DNA of 64,000 nt from Klebsormidium nitens. Its lineage: Eukaryota > Plantae > Klebsormidiophyceae. A model generated the notes under the pieces. It saw only the letters and a program-made list of their open reading frames with translations. It was not told where the DNA came from and did no database searches. This document shows, piece after piece, positions 37,401 through 49,819 of the stretch. A program made the translations under genes and the position numbers. The stretch covers positions 20,553 to 84,552 of the forward strand of contig DF237353.1 of assembly GCA_000708835.1 (NCBI GenBank), written 5' to 3'. The first letter of the stretch is position 1. Each line of letters begins with the position of its first letter.

Positions 37401-39913
37401 ACCATGCTCTGGGGGGTGGAAAGGGTGGGTCAGGCTGAGCAGAGGACGAGAAATGTCTGAAGAAGGTAAACTGCTGCTCTCAACGATGTCCTCTATCATG
37501 TCTTGAGGGTCCGAGAGGTAAAACCGGACGGTCGAGGTTTCAAACATGTAGAATTCTCGGTGGAGGACCAGACAGCGTCTCAAAAATGGTCATTTACCGT
37601 GCTCCAGGGAGATCAGAAAGAGAGGATCGAACAGGAGAACTGGAAACACATGTTGGAATTGTCGGTGCAGGAAAGCAGACGTTTGACAGGACCAGAAGCT
37701 TCAAAGGGCTTTATGACACCTACCTTGGGGGGCTGCGCTCCCAGATACTCGGCGAGGACCCTGTGCAGGATGGAGTGGTCCACGATGCCCTTTTCTAGGA
37801 TCGGCTGGAGTGCCAGGAATGTGTGCTTCAAGATGGCTGCCTTCTTGGACGGGGGCGCGGTAGCCAGGATGTCGGCCAGCCTGTATGGTTGGGAAGGATC
37901 ACAATACAATCAGCACTTCAACAAATAGGGAGAATCAGCACTTCGCTTTTCCAAGAATAAAACACAGGTCAGCATGAATGGAGATTGGACAAGTGTGCTG
38001 ACAATCCCTGCTTTGTAAGGAAGTTATCAATTCAATGCAGAGAATGGCAGTCTATGCAAGACGCGAATACTCGTTGCCAAAAAGTACGCACTTGCCTTTT
38101 AAGGTCAAGGGGCACCACCACGCTCAAGACATTAAAACCATTGTTCGGATGATACATAGCCCGATATTGAAGTAAGCAGTGGATCAGAGGAACACTGGGG
38201 CTCACTTTCCCTGGCCCCCCGTCTCCACCCCCTTGAACCTGCGGTACTCTTCCGCGTAGAACTCGGAGACCAACTCCGCCTTCTGCTTCCCAGTGGCCAC
38301 CGTGCTGAAAGCATGCTCCACAACTGCACACCCAAAGCAAAAATTTTAGAAACTCTGGGTTAAAAAGGCTACCCAGATGCAAAGCCGCGTTTCTTCTACG
38401 CACACTTTAGCATCTTGTATGCTTTAGCCCCCATCTTTTCATCAAACGCCAATAGATTCAATCTAGTCGATTACTTTTACGAACACTGAATCAATGAGGC
38501 CATGATAGTGCCACCACGCCTTGCCTTCTCAGTAGATCAATCCAAAATCGTTCATATTACGTTGGCTTGCTCAAGTAGTTCCTTCTTTACCCCCAGGCGT
38601 TCCCACCATATTGACTCTATGCTGATTGCGCCTCCATCTTCTACATCAGCGAAACAGCGAACCTCACCAGCAGAGCCGCTGGGATGCCTGAGCAGCGAGA
38701 CCACATGCCCATGCAGAGCGTTCATGATGTGCTGCAGCTGATCTTTGTTGGCGCGGTCCAGCATGCGCAATATGATGAAGTGGCCGTACGTGTTGCGCGC
38801 CAGCTCGAGAATGTGGGTCCGAAGCTCGTCAAAGACGGCGGCCCGCTCAGTTTCTGAGCCAAACTTGACCAGCGCCTGCAAGTCAGTGCAGAGGATGGGG
38901 GTAAGCATCACAGGACTTTAAATCACAGGACTTTCGATGCGATTGGCACTTAATTAAGCGAAGGTCCCAGCCGAACGCTGATCCTGAGAGGGTGCACAGC
39001 ACGAAGTCTCTACGATGTAACTTGTAATTTCCGAGCAGGGGTGGTGTGCCCTGCCGCTAGCTTATGAGCAATGAGGTCGGCAAAGTAATACAGTCATTGC
39101 AAGGTAAGGAGAAGCAGTTTAAAACTTCATGAGAAATGGGCCCGGTGTGATGGCTTACCTGCACCACTCGGGAGGCGGTATGAGAGAATGCGACCTCCGC
39201 AATCTTCCCCTTGATGCAGGCGAGCAGCCCGCCAGCTAGCTCGTTCCGCTCCTTGGCTTTCACGTTCTTCTGAATCATCTTGTTCCATATAGCCACTGCG
39301 TCCTGCACGGATTGCAAGAAATTCGTCAAACAGCTTATCCACATTTCGATCACTGGCCATGAGGATTTGAACGGAGGCAAGGCACGATCGAAGGAAAGGA
39401 ATGAGACTCTCCTTTTAAGTACACAGCGGAGATTTTGCACCATTACCAAGAGACTGTGATGAAATTGGTGGGCGTCCTACAAAATGCCATTGAAATATCT
39501 TGTTTCTTCTGAATTTAAGCCTAGAATTGCACGCAGCTACTTACCCTGATCATGTCATAGTTGGTATTCCGCGCTTTCTTCCTCTCCTCTGTGAGCTCCT
39601 TCCTGTCTTTCCTACTCAAGAGAACCTTCTCTTCTTCTTGCTTTGCATCCCCCCCCGGCTTCGGATACTTTGCAAACTTCGAAGCCTTGCTCAAGGCCTT
39701 ACCACCGCTCGCATGCGCCCCATCGTTCTTCCTCCCTTTGAACTCAAAGCCTTTCCCTGCTCCGGCCTTATCCGATTTGTTAAAAACTTTCACGCTTGTA
39801 CCTTCCTTGAAATTCTTACCAATCTGCCTGCTTTGGTCAACCTTTGCTTTTTTGGGGCGGCCCTTCTCCCCACCGACCGCACCACCCGCTTCCTTCCTCT
39901 TCATAGCGGCCAT
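34438..39913 (-). CDS. PUM24: Nucleolar Pumilio/Puf-A protein (APUM24/PUM3/Puf6-like) with CPL region
   Basis: Exons 39913-39545 (Lys-rich N-terminus), 39302-39159 (HTASRVVQ), 38875-~38669 (LARNTYGHFII...LLRHPSGSA), 38324-~38208, 37880-37724 (LQPILEKGIVDHSILHRVL), 37411-37172 (LLRMVHTKDGA...KERKKIVKALKG...EYG), 36743-~36240 (HKYARRVFLHLLAP...SKKDPALRRLELL), 35873-35656, ~35238-35090 and ~34650-34438. Motifs are typical of Puf6/APUM24. Confidence 0.93.
35453..35648. repeat. 98-bp tandem duplication immediately inside a PUM24 intron
   Basis: tagaagcaaggatgctgct(t/c)gcaagaagcgctc...acgaagacg(g/c)gctgcaacaac(g/a)agaatcaaacca starts at 35453 and again at 35551, abutting the donor at 35655. Confidence 0.92.
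37477..37500 (-). repeat. Intronic degenerate copy of the start of PUM24 exon 37411-37172
   Basis: Minus strand ATGATAGAGGACATCGTTGAGAG versus the exon ATGGTAGAGGACATCGTCGAGAA (offset 94). Confidence 0.8.
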
Positions 39914-40408
39914 CTTCTTGAAGTTGAAAGATGAGTGCATCATCTGTAGCCTGTACCACTGCCATCAATGTATGAATCAGATGATCCTACCTACCTATCC
40001 GCATTGCTCACGTTGTGCGGAGCATTACCGTACGGTAATGGTTCATACCTCCGGGGACCACGATTCGCAGCCCCGGGTCGTTGCGAAAAAATAGAGCTTG
40101 GAGCATTCTACAGGCTAGAGCCAGGGGTCCATGCCCGGGGAGCTATCCTCGCCGAACTAGATATGGCAACATGCTCCTCTACGTAATTAAATTTGAAAAA
40201 TTTGGTGTCATGCAAGGCACAGACTTCCTGGCGTGCTTCACTGAGGCAGTGTGGGCATTGTGGCGCCCCAATTCTGAAAAGGTATACCTTCCAGCGTGCT
40301 CTGGGTATCAGAATACCGCTTCCTCTTGTACATGTGTTCAATTGTAGGAAGGATTCCGGGGGAGAACAAGTTTCCAGGGAGGTTGGGCAATGAGCTCGAT
40401 GCCAAACC

Positions 40409-43400
40409 ATGAATGTGGGCCAATCCTCGAGGGGTCTGTCGTATGTTGCATTCAACCAGGATAGCACGCGGGTTGTCTTTGCTACCCGACACGGCCTCAG
40501 GATTGTTGACTGCAACACCTGCAAGACTGTTTTCGAGCAGTTCGATGGAGCTGTCGGCATTGTGGAGCCGCTCTTCTCGACTAGCATACTGGCGCTTGTT
40601 GGTGCTGGTGAACATGTAAGTAGGAGAAGTCGTCTTTCCTGATGGAGATGCATAGAATGAAGACTTGTATGCATGCTGTCTGGTTTCTGTGTCCCTCTTT
40701 AGCCTTGCAATCGAGATCCTCCCTCCTTTCTGGTTTGTGTGCCCCTCTCTAACCTTGCACTCAAGATCTTCCCTTTTTTTCAGATCTCCCAGTTCGTGAT
40801 GCCCTAGACTTTCACTTTCACGGGGGCCGAGCTCTGCCGCTAACGACAATCCGTCCACAATTCTTTGTATTTTACATGCTCCTAGTAGCATGTGAAGCTG
40901 GTGGTAAAGTTGGCCTACTACGAATGGCACTTTTCTGCTGCTAGCAATCTTACAATCTTCCTTGTTCTGCAGCCTGCGCTATCCCCCAGGCGCCTTGGCA
41001 TTCTGAATATCACCACGGGTGCTCCAATCGCTGACCTCAGCTTCATCTCGTCTGTACTGGCAGTACGGATGAACAGGAAGAGGTAAGCTCACACCTGTCC
41101 GTTGGAGTTGTTTCTGCTGACATCAAGTCGATCAAAAGATACTGAATTGAATCCACCCGTTGTAGTCCGTACTTGGCAAGACGGTACAGTACATAGAGTG
41201 TGCCTTGCCCCAGTGTTCAGGCTTCACAGGAGATTTTTCTTTGTAAAGTTTGAACATTCCCAGCCATCAGGCCCGACAAAAGCGAATGCAGACGGGTAGT
41301 GTTTCGAATCAAGCAGTCAGGACAGAAGCTCGCACCGTGCTGCGTGGCTCGAGTTCATTTGCTTCAACAAGATTTGCTTCTTCAACTATGCACAGCCCCA
41401 TCCTCAGGCATGATCTACCATCTTGAATCTAACTCTCCTCGATAAGCTGGCGACTAAATGTGACCGTGTCAAATTCATGACTTATGAGCTTCTCCACCTT
41501 CGCAGGCTGGTTGTGCTTCTTGAGCGCAAGACTCACATCCACGACCTCCAGACCCTCCAGATCCTGGATACCCTTGAGACCGCTCCTAATCCGAAGGCCA
41601 TCTGCGCCTTCTCCCCCAGCACGGAAAGTAGCTATCTGGCCCTTCCTGCGAGCGCGACTGCAGGGGAGATCGTTGTGTATGATGCCATGCATCTAACGGC
41701 TGTTTGCCAGGTAAGCAATCCATCCCTGACTCCGTTACAGAAGCATTTCAAACCACAATGGTATGTTGGATGTTATCAGTCAGGGGGACGAATAAGGTTC
41801 AGTGCCATTCATAGAGCGGGTAGTAAATTGTTCCGCTGTCTGTTTCTGCTCGTCAAGATTCACAGTCTCACTTGAACTTGAACTTCCGTTTTCCGGTCCG
41901 CTATTAGACCTGCCAGAGCCCTTGAAAGCTGCATCCGACCCGTCTGATGTTTGCTGGTACCCAGCAATGCCTGCGTCAGTGCCCCAAGCCTGGAAGCAAA
42001 ATCTCTGCACTGCAAGTTGCAAGGTGGTCTTGTGGAGACTGCAGCAGGACTTGCAACGAGGTGTAAATTCTTTCAAATATTGGAGGTCTGCAGATCCAGG
42101 CCCATAAGGCGCCACTGGCGGCGCTGGCCATTAATTCGGACGGGTCCCTCCTAGCGTCCGCGTCCGAAAGGGGCACCGTCATCAGGGTGCACACATTGCC
42201 CAGCGCTACCAAGGTAAGGTTCCACGAATACAGCTCGCAGGAACGTATCGTTTTGTAACTTGCGGAAGACCAAGTGGAGCTGGATACTCTCTTGGGTATC
42301 CGACGATAGTGGAGTCAAGAACGAGTTCAGTGCCAAGATTGGCAGAGTTGAAAGAGTCTCCCAGAAGTATTTGAATCTCGTCACATTCGTTGTCTGTCGC
42401 ATCGAACTTCGTCGAACATGTGAAACGAAAGTATGAGCATGGAATCTCCGTCCTAGTTTCATTGCTGGGACTGCGGTTGAGCTCCGGACTGGCGCGACTA
42501 TTAGTCAGAAAGTACAAGCAGCTGGAGGTCAGGAACGGCCCACGTCAAGATTCATCGCTCTTATATCGGTTCCTCTCTCTTTTGAAGTAAAGACCCCATC
42601 AACTCCGACTCTGCCAACCAAAAACCTGTCTTTTCGACTTTCCCCTACTTGCTGTAAGTTTGGCTGCGTTAACTGAGCCGTCCCTTCCACAATAACCAGC
42701 AACTGACCAAGTCACACGTTGTTCGACTTCCTCTTCCTGGTTGCAAGTTCACACTCTCGAGCTTAGATCGTAATCACCATGCCACAAGGCTGACGTGCCT
42801 TCTGTTCTTGGCAGGCTTTTACTCTTCGGCGGGGCACGTATCCGGCTACCATATATTCGCTGGCCTTTAGCCCCCCCGAAACAGTTCCTCCCCTTCTGGC
42901 TGCCGCCAGCGACACCGGCACGCTGCATCTGTTCAGCTTAGCACCCAGACCCCCAACGTGAGCATATTCCCTTCCTCTTCTTTGGAGGATACTCTTTCTT
43001 TCTTCCGTTTTTGTTTCGAGTGCTTCGCATTTTGTGAGCGAACAACCCAGACTCTCGTCCCAGGAGTTTTAACGCTTCGTAGTTTCTTGTCAGCACAAAG
43101 AGACGAAGAACGAGCGCTTTCAGAGCCGGTCAATTTGTTCCTGGGATCTGCAACCCGCAAATTTGGCTTCGTTAGGTCCTCTGCGTGAACCTCGTCTCGT
43201 TTGATGCCCCCGGCAAAGTCTGGCCAATCCAATGTGCGACAGGTCCCCGTGTGACAGAAGGAGGAAGAGGAGCATGCCCTGACAATGTTAGGGCTGCGAA
43301 CTGATTGACTTGACCTTTCGGACATCGACTCTTCAGCAGAGATCGCCGGAGTTTGAATGCGGAGACAAACGTGCCTTGGCAAAGAGAAACTTGAAGCGAG

Positions 43401-44811
43401 CAACCGCGGATTGGTCGACGCGAGAAGCATGCAGAGAGCTCGCAGGCGGGGCAGATGTACAAAAACCTTTGTAGGAACACCTAGGGCGGCACGTGCCTAT
43501 CTTAAGTGGAGCAGCTCGCTTCGAAGGACACCGGCATCCATTGTCCGCGAACCATCATCATTCTTCAAAAGATTGGATCTTGGTTTTCCGGAAGAGACAA
43601 GGACCACGGATCGTCATGCGCCATTCTATCAAGTGACCAAACATCTGATCCCCAAGGAATTGCAGCTATCCTGAAAGGCCGTTTTCGTTCAGATTTTGCA
43701 AGGGCACTTTTGTGTGAACATTGCATATTTTCTCCTTCCCGCAGCCCGCCTCCTGCGGCGTCCCGCCCTACCAAGGCTGCGGAGGAGTACCTGCGGCGGC
43801 TGCTGCCCGAGACGATGAGCGACGTCTTGGAGTGCGACCGCGCATTTGCGTCCATACCCAACAGCTCCCAGCCCGGCGTGCGCTGGTGAGCTGCCACGTG
43901 TCCTTACAGGGTTCCAAGTTCCTGGATTGTACACTGTATACTGGCAGTAAGGTCGGGGGGCAACACCAGCAGAAGGAGGAGTTGCAGGTGCTTTCCTCGA
44001 TGAGTCGGGTGGGAGGTCAAAACAAGGTCACGATCGAGACCGTGTGCCTGGCACATTTTTGCAACCATTCTGACCGGGACGTGTAATGAATCCAGGAAGC
44101 AGCTTGTTGGTGATAGCAGCTTCGCGGGCTTGTTGAGACGAAGGTTGTCCAAAGCAGAAGTAACCCACCGGCTGTCTTTCCGAGGTGTCTTGAGTGTTCG
44201 AAGCGGGACTGTCGCCGAGCTCTCTTTCAGCTGTTTGCTGCTCCTGTTTCCTGGGCTGAGGATAGCTGCATCGCTTGACCGGCGCTTGAAAGTATATGCC
44301 TTCTTTTGCATATAAAATGGTTTGTACGATCTGCCTTTCTAGGGGCAGACACACACGCCTTGTCTCCTCAAAAGCGTCCGACTCATTTGCTGTACCTGAT
44401 GTTCGCAGTTTGTCTACCTTTCTGTTGTTGGCTGCTTTCGATCTTCAATGAGGATACGTGTTTAGCTTGACACCACATGCCTTCTTTTGCCTCATGAACG
44501 ATTTGCACGATCTGCTATCCCTAGGGCAAACTCACACGCCTTGTCTCCTCAAAAGCGTGCCCTTGGCGCCGCCTCATCAGATGCATCTGATGCTTCGCAG
44601 TTTGTGTACCTTCGCCCCTGAACGGGGTCGGCCTCCGGGAACGGGGCCAGGGTCCCATGACCGCGCGCGTGTCCTGATCATCACCGCACAGGGTTACCTT
44701 TACGAATATTGTATAGACTGTAGAAGCTCCGCGACAGATAGGTGTAGTTTAGAAAGGGAGGTTGCTCTGTTCCCCAAAGAGTCTGAACAGACTACCGCTC
44801 GATTCGTGTAG
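40409..44811 (+). CDS. ATG18: Autophagy-related PROPPIN WD40 protein, ATG18b-like
   Basis: Exons 40409-40615 (VAFNQDS...IVEPLFSTSILALVG), 40973-41080 (SPRRL...SSVLAVRMNRKR), 41506-41710, ~42095-42213 (IQAHKAPLAALA...ASERGTVIRVH), ~42815-42956 (LRRG phosphoinositide motif; TIYSLAF), 43745-43886 and 44601-44811 (GYLYEY). Confidence 0.94.
44341..44420 (+). repeat. Intronic degenerate copy of the last ATG18 intron end, acceptor and exon start
   Basis: cacacgccttgtctcctcaaaagcgt is identical at 44352-44377 and 44533-44558. gttcgcag|tttgtctacctt (AG 44407-44408) mirrors the real cttcgcag|tttgtgtacctt (AG 44599-44600). Confidence 0.88.
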
Positions 44812-45736
44812 TGCTTTGCTTTTGGCAGGTAAAGACGCCGTGTCGGAAGCCTTGGTTGATTAGCTGCTTTTGTTTGCCTTCTAAAATCGTGAGTAAGTTG
44901 ACGTCGGACGACCTTGTACGCTGTACTATGGCCGACCAAACGTGCTAACCCTGGTCATCAGAATGCGTAATCTGTGTGCGTGTGCGCTAGTCAACAGTGG
45001 CAATGCATCCACTCTCACGGAAATCTGCGACCTATATCTGGATGCAGTGACTACCGACAGATGCAGGCAAGCCACTTATATACTCGTTGTGCACGGCGGC
45101 ATATACGATCGACCGAAACGGATGTGGTAACCATATATTCATATATGAGAGTTTGCGCGCACGCAAGTTCGTACTTGATGGCCATCTTGATTGATGGATC
45201 ATATGATTATAGTTGGGCCGCCCAGCCAGGGCCACGCGCGTCAGGATACAAGGCGATGCCAGTGCTTCTGCTACTTGTTGGTCCAAATCGTTCTTATGTC
45301 GTGCCTATACGTAGATTTCGATCCGTCATCAATCTAGAAAGCCGGTCGCATGCCTGTGCAACAGTCAATGCATTAGCGCGCGAGGGCGCCGCTTTTGCAC
45401 GATACGAGACAAATTGCATTAGTCGGATGCAAGATGCGCTGCCTGCCCCCACAAACGTAATTCAGCGCCACCGCTTCAATTGAATCTTGAAGAATCATGC
45501 GCCCGGTGGCAGACTCTCCCCGAATTGGATGCTCCGATCACGAGGCAAGTCTGAGGACGTCGGAGATGATCGAGCTGCTACTGGCTTGATCCAGACCCAG
45601 TTCGAGACTTGAAAGCCGTTGAAAAGAGCAAAACTCAAAACGTGCCTGGGAACCCAAGGCAGCAAGGCTGTGCCGACTGGCAGAAGCTTCTGCAATCTCT
45701 GTCGAGCTAGTCCTCTGATGGTCTCACAAATTTACA

Positions 45737-47797
45737 CTAATCGGTCACGTCTTTCTTTGCCTGGTCTGCCTTGCAATGCTTCTTGTGGGTCTCCCAGTGC
45801 AGCTTCTGATGCTCCTTGCTACATGGAAATGCAAACATAAGTCAGTTTAACCGGCTTTGATTGACACGTGGTCTTCTGGATGATGACATGCGAAACTAGA
45901 CTTTGCGAACGGCTTTTATGCAGGGTTCCGAAGCTTCTGTAAGATCTGCGCTCTTGCAGGACAAGGACTGCAAGTCCAACGGTCACGAGTAGAGTGTGTC
46001 TCGTTGAGTGGACTACGTCCAAGGCAGTCACCCGCTAGCGGAAGAATGCTTTTTCGCCCCACCATAGCTAAAACGTGTCTAAAACATACGAGGTCTGTCT
46101 TCAGCATGACGTTTTGTGACCTACGTGCTCAGGAATATTTGACAGAGACGAACATATCCAGTTGCGTGATTAGTATTGGGGCCGCGCTTCAGCCAGATTG
46201 GTAAGTGGTCACTTGTCATCGAAGTAGAACCCTTTCCAACATTTGGCTGGCCACTCGATCCTCAACCTTGCAACGGGCCGGTTCGGAACCGGAGTCGGCA
46301 GCCGCAGGAACTTCGAGTCCTTTTGACGTTCTTGGCGATACGTTCATGTGACCGGCTAGCGCAAAGAGAAGAAAATACCAGACCTCAACAAAAGGATTCC
46401 AAATCTGAAGAGAGATGTGTTGGGGGAAGCGGCATCTGTCCGACATCAAGAGGATGGATGGCTTCGCTGCATTGGCGTCGACTTGAATGCGAAGCACTAT
46501 GCAAGGCATTGCGGCGAATGAGATGGGTTTCCAAGTGTTCTTTCAGGATCTCACCTGCAGTAGCGCGCGACCTGGCAGCGCCCGCATTTGCTAAACCCCT
46601 TCCCGACGTCGGGCTCGCGGCCGGCCGCGCACAGCTTCCTCGAGCACACCACCGGCGTCCAGAACCTTCCGTTGAGCCGATCTTCCATGGGCTTCCAATT
46701 CGCGGCGGACATCTCGCGTGTCAAGGAAAGCTCTCCATCTTGCAATCTGATCTTGAAAGTTGTCCACGGGTGGCACTCCGGTTCTGCCATGTTGATTTTC
46801 CGCTTATGGGGCCGGAAACCTTCGAGTGCGTTGTGCGCGCGCAGCTTTTCCGCTGCGGAGTCCACCGAAAGCAAGCGGACCAGGGCCATGTTGCAGCGGT
46901 ATGCTGGAGACATGAGCCGCTCGGAATATTTCGAAGACTCTCGCAAGGGGGAAGCTTCATAGATGGCCGCTATTAATTTCGGGAGGCCCCTGACGATCGC
47001 CCACATTTGACTGTCCACAGAATACGCAAGAGAGACTGCTAGACTCGCCAAAGCAAGCCGGATCTCCAGGGCAATTCTACGAGACATCTTTGCAAGATAC
47101 TCGGCGCGAAGCAGGTCCCCAAACTGCTCGAACACGTTCCGCTCTTCCGCTGCTTCCCGAATAGCTTCTCGGAACGCCTTCGAAGCCCGCGCAAAGTTGG
47201 CCAGACTCTCCAAAGAAGCAGCCACCATCAGAGAGTTGAATGCAGTTAATTGTGGGCTGTTCAGAAGAGCCTCCAACAGGCGCGCGGGACCGGAGAAGTG
47301 TTCAATGTGCAATACAAGCCGCGCATAGATCTGCCGTGCATTCTCCTTTTCTTCCGGCCCTCTTCCAATCTTTCCCTCTTCCGGCTCTCTTTCGCTGTGC
47401 GTCTTTTCCCGCCCTGTTCCGGTTCCATTCTCTTCCGGCCCTCTTCCTCTCTCCGCCCCTTCCGGCGGCAGCCCGTCTCTCAAACAGCGCTCCACCACCA
47501 CTTTGCTCGAAGTGAGCGTCGCAAGCGACACGATGTAACTAGACGCTGAAATGTTTTGGTGTCTTCGATCGCGAATTCTATCTGGTATGGCTGCCCGAGC
47601 GTGAGGCACAAGAGCCGCCTGAGGACGGCGCCCCCGTCGCGTGCCGCTATCTCTTGCGCGACCCTGGCGAAGCTTATTCGGTTCTCATCTCCACTCTTGC
47701 TAAGGGCCAGCAGCAGGCCGCATCCGCTCCAGATGCCGTCAGCTGATGTCAGCAGGGAAGCGCAGCGCTCCACGATGTTGTCGAGGTCTCCCTCCAT
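45737..47797 (-). CDS. Second alpha-helical protein with C-terminal MYND zinc finger; frame break near 47540-47610
   Basis: ORF 47797-47480 (MEGDLDNIVERC...) overlaps, in another frame, ORF 47609-46551 ending CSRKLCAAG...FSKCGRCQVARYC|. A GT-AG intron joins it to 45809-45737 (SKEHQKLHWETHKKHC...*), completing the MYND finger. Confidence 0.8.
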
Positions 47798-49819
47798 GTT
47801 TCAATGTAAATTTTAGCACGCGGCACCCTGGTTGAACCTTTCGCTTCAGCTGCTGCGAAGAGTGTGAAATTCTTGAATGTTTGCGTGCACTAGTACGATG
47901 CAGCTTTCGCTGTCTCGCCCTTAAAATTAATCTCCTGTGCACAGCGGTTAGTCTTCTCTGTTGCAATTGCTGCGGTGTGTGCATCGTATGCGGGTGTGCG
48001 CCGTGCTCCTTCCTCAGCCTTCTTCATCACCCACTTCGTGCATGCATGCGGCGCTTGCCGGCTAAGCTAGCCAGGCTAGCACAGGCCGCCTTGGCTTCGA
48101 ACAGGAGCCGAACTGGGGCCGAACCGCAGCATTCCGCTCCGAACTGGCGGACGAACCGGAGCTGGGCTCCGGTTCCGAGCCCGGTTTCAGACAGAACAGG
48201 AACCCGCTCACGCGAACCGGCTCTTGTATGCACCTATCTAACCACGTGGGTCTACTGGACCTTACAGTTGGCTCAAAGCTCGGAAAGAATCTGCTAACCG
48301 TTTTTAGCAGCTTTTTTGGTCGATGCGAAATTGCGAAACCTTATGAGTGTTGGAGTTTCACAGCCCGACTTCAGATCTTCAAGTAATCCTCGACCATGTG
48401 CGGCAATCTGTTGCGTCTTTCGAAAAGTCGAGTCGGGAAAGTCATGCGAGCTAATGTCGTATGCAGTGGGTTGTTATGTACTTCGTAACCGGCCCGGGCC
48501 TGAGATAGTGGACTCGCACTTTCTTACCAACTACGTTTACCCGCGGCCGGTTGGCCGGTGATCAACTGGTTATGAGAGGGACTCTCGCCTCGCATGCACA
48601 TCGTCTTTGGCTGTAACCCGACCCGTAGATCAACACACTCCATGTGATTCTTCCCCACGTGGAATGGGCTCACTCGAAACGGGATCAAGGTGCACGGATG
48701 TTGCGGAGCAAGCACAACTTCGCGCTTCTGCGCCGGCGCCACAGTCACGGCGTCATGCAGGTCGAGCAGTAAGAACCAGCCAGAGCAGGGCCACGCTGCG
48801 CAGGCTGCTTAGGAAGACATCTGGAAGAGGCTAGGATTGTCGACTTCATTGCTGCAGGGCGGCATTGGCAGCGACCATCAATCTAGTCGTGGGCACGCGC
48901 GCACGAACTTTTCTGGCGGCGCTCCCTGCCCACCTGTCGCGAAGCGGGTCCTCTGTGGGCTTCTCCGCGCGCACGCGCGGAGTGGTGAAGAAGCAGCGGT
49001 GAGCCTGCAAAAGCCGATTCGAGGAGAATGGGCGCTAAGCATTTTGAGCGGGAAGCTCATTCCAAACCTACACTTGTGCGTTTCTGACCGCGCCTACTCG
49101 TTGGGCCACAAAGTAGGGTCCCGTACAGAGGCAGTTTGTATCAGCTTTGTGGCAGTCAGCAGAGTGCATGAATCTATCTGACGAGCGCACGCGTCATGAT
49201 ATCTGCTGCCTGCCCAAATGACCAGAGTCGGGCATTTTCTCCCTCTCTTCCTCTGCTCTTCTTGCAAGTCCAGAAGAAAGTTGGGCTTAATCCTTCATAC
49301 TCCGATCCAACATGATTTCTACGTTGGCAAGAATTTGAAACTTTGCATCATAATCAGAGAAGAGTGTATCACTAATTTGGAGCGTATCTGCTTTGAAATA
49401 CTAACATCTGAAAAGGACCCACCAGCGATCTTAATGGTCTTGTCTAGTGCTTCAAATTTTGGGTGATACTTTCGAAACCTCCTTTTGCTGAAGATGCAGT
49501 TTCTTTCAACTCGACTGAGCGGATCATGTACTCTATCCTACTGATTCTGAAAGGCATAGTTGTCTCGTAGGTTTCAGAACACTTGCGAAAAGTTCTTCGC
49601 TCCGCGGTTCCCCTCATAGCAGCTTATCCCGACACAATGGTCTGAAGCTCTCCTCTCATGGGCTGAAAAGTCGCTCATTGATGCAAGAAAAATCAACACA
49701 ATTGACGAACTCTGCGCACCCTCCCCAAAATTAGAATCTGACACGTCTTCCCGTCGCTCCGTTCCGTTCCGTTTGAACCATGCCATTCCGCTCAGATTGA
49801 ACGTAGCATTACTGGTTCG

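Noticed and set aside
40108-40930. Long minus-strand ORFs of 188 and 230 aa
   Set aside because: Antisense to ATG18 exon 1 and intron, with no recognisable domain.
46176-46976. 266-aa plus-strand ORF
   Set aside because: Antisense shadow of the MYND gene and its intron, with no motifs.
48487-48552. GC-rich hairpin (AACCGGCCCGGG ... CCCGCGGCCGGTT)
   Set aside because: A short imperfect stem in GC-rich DNA, with no TSD or RNA-family features.
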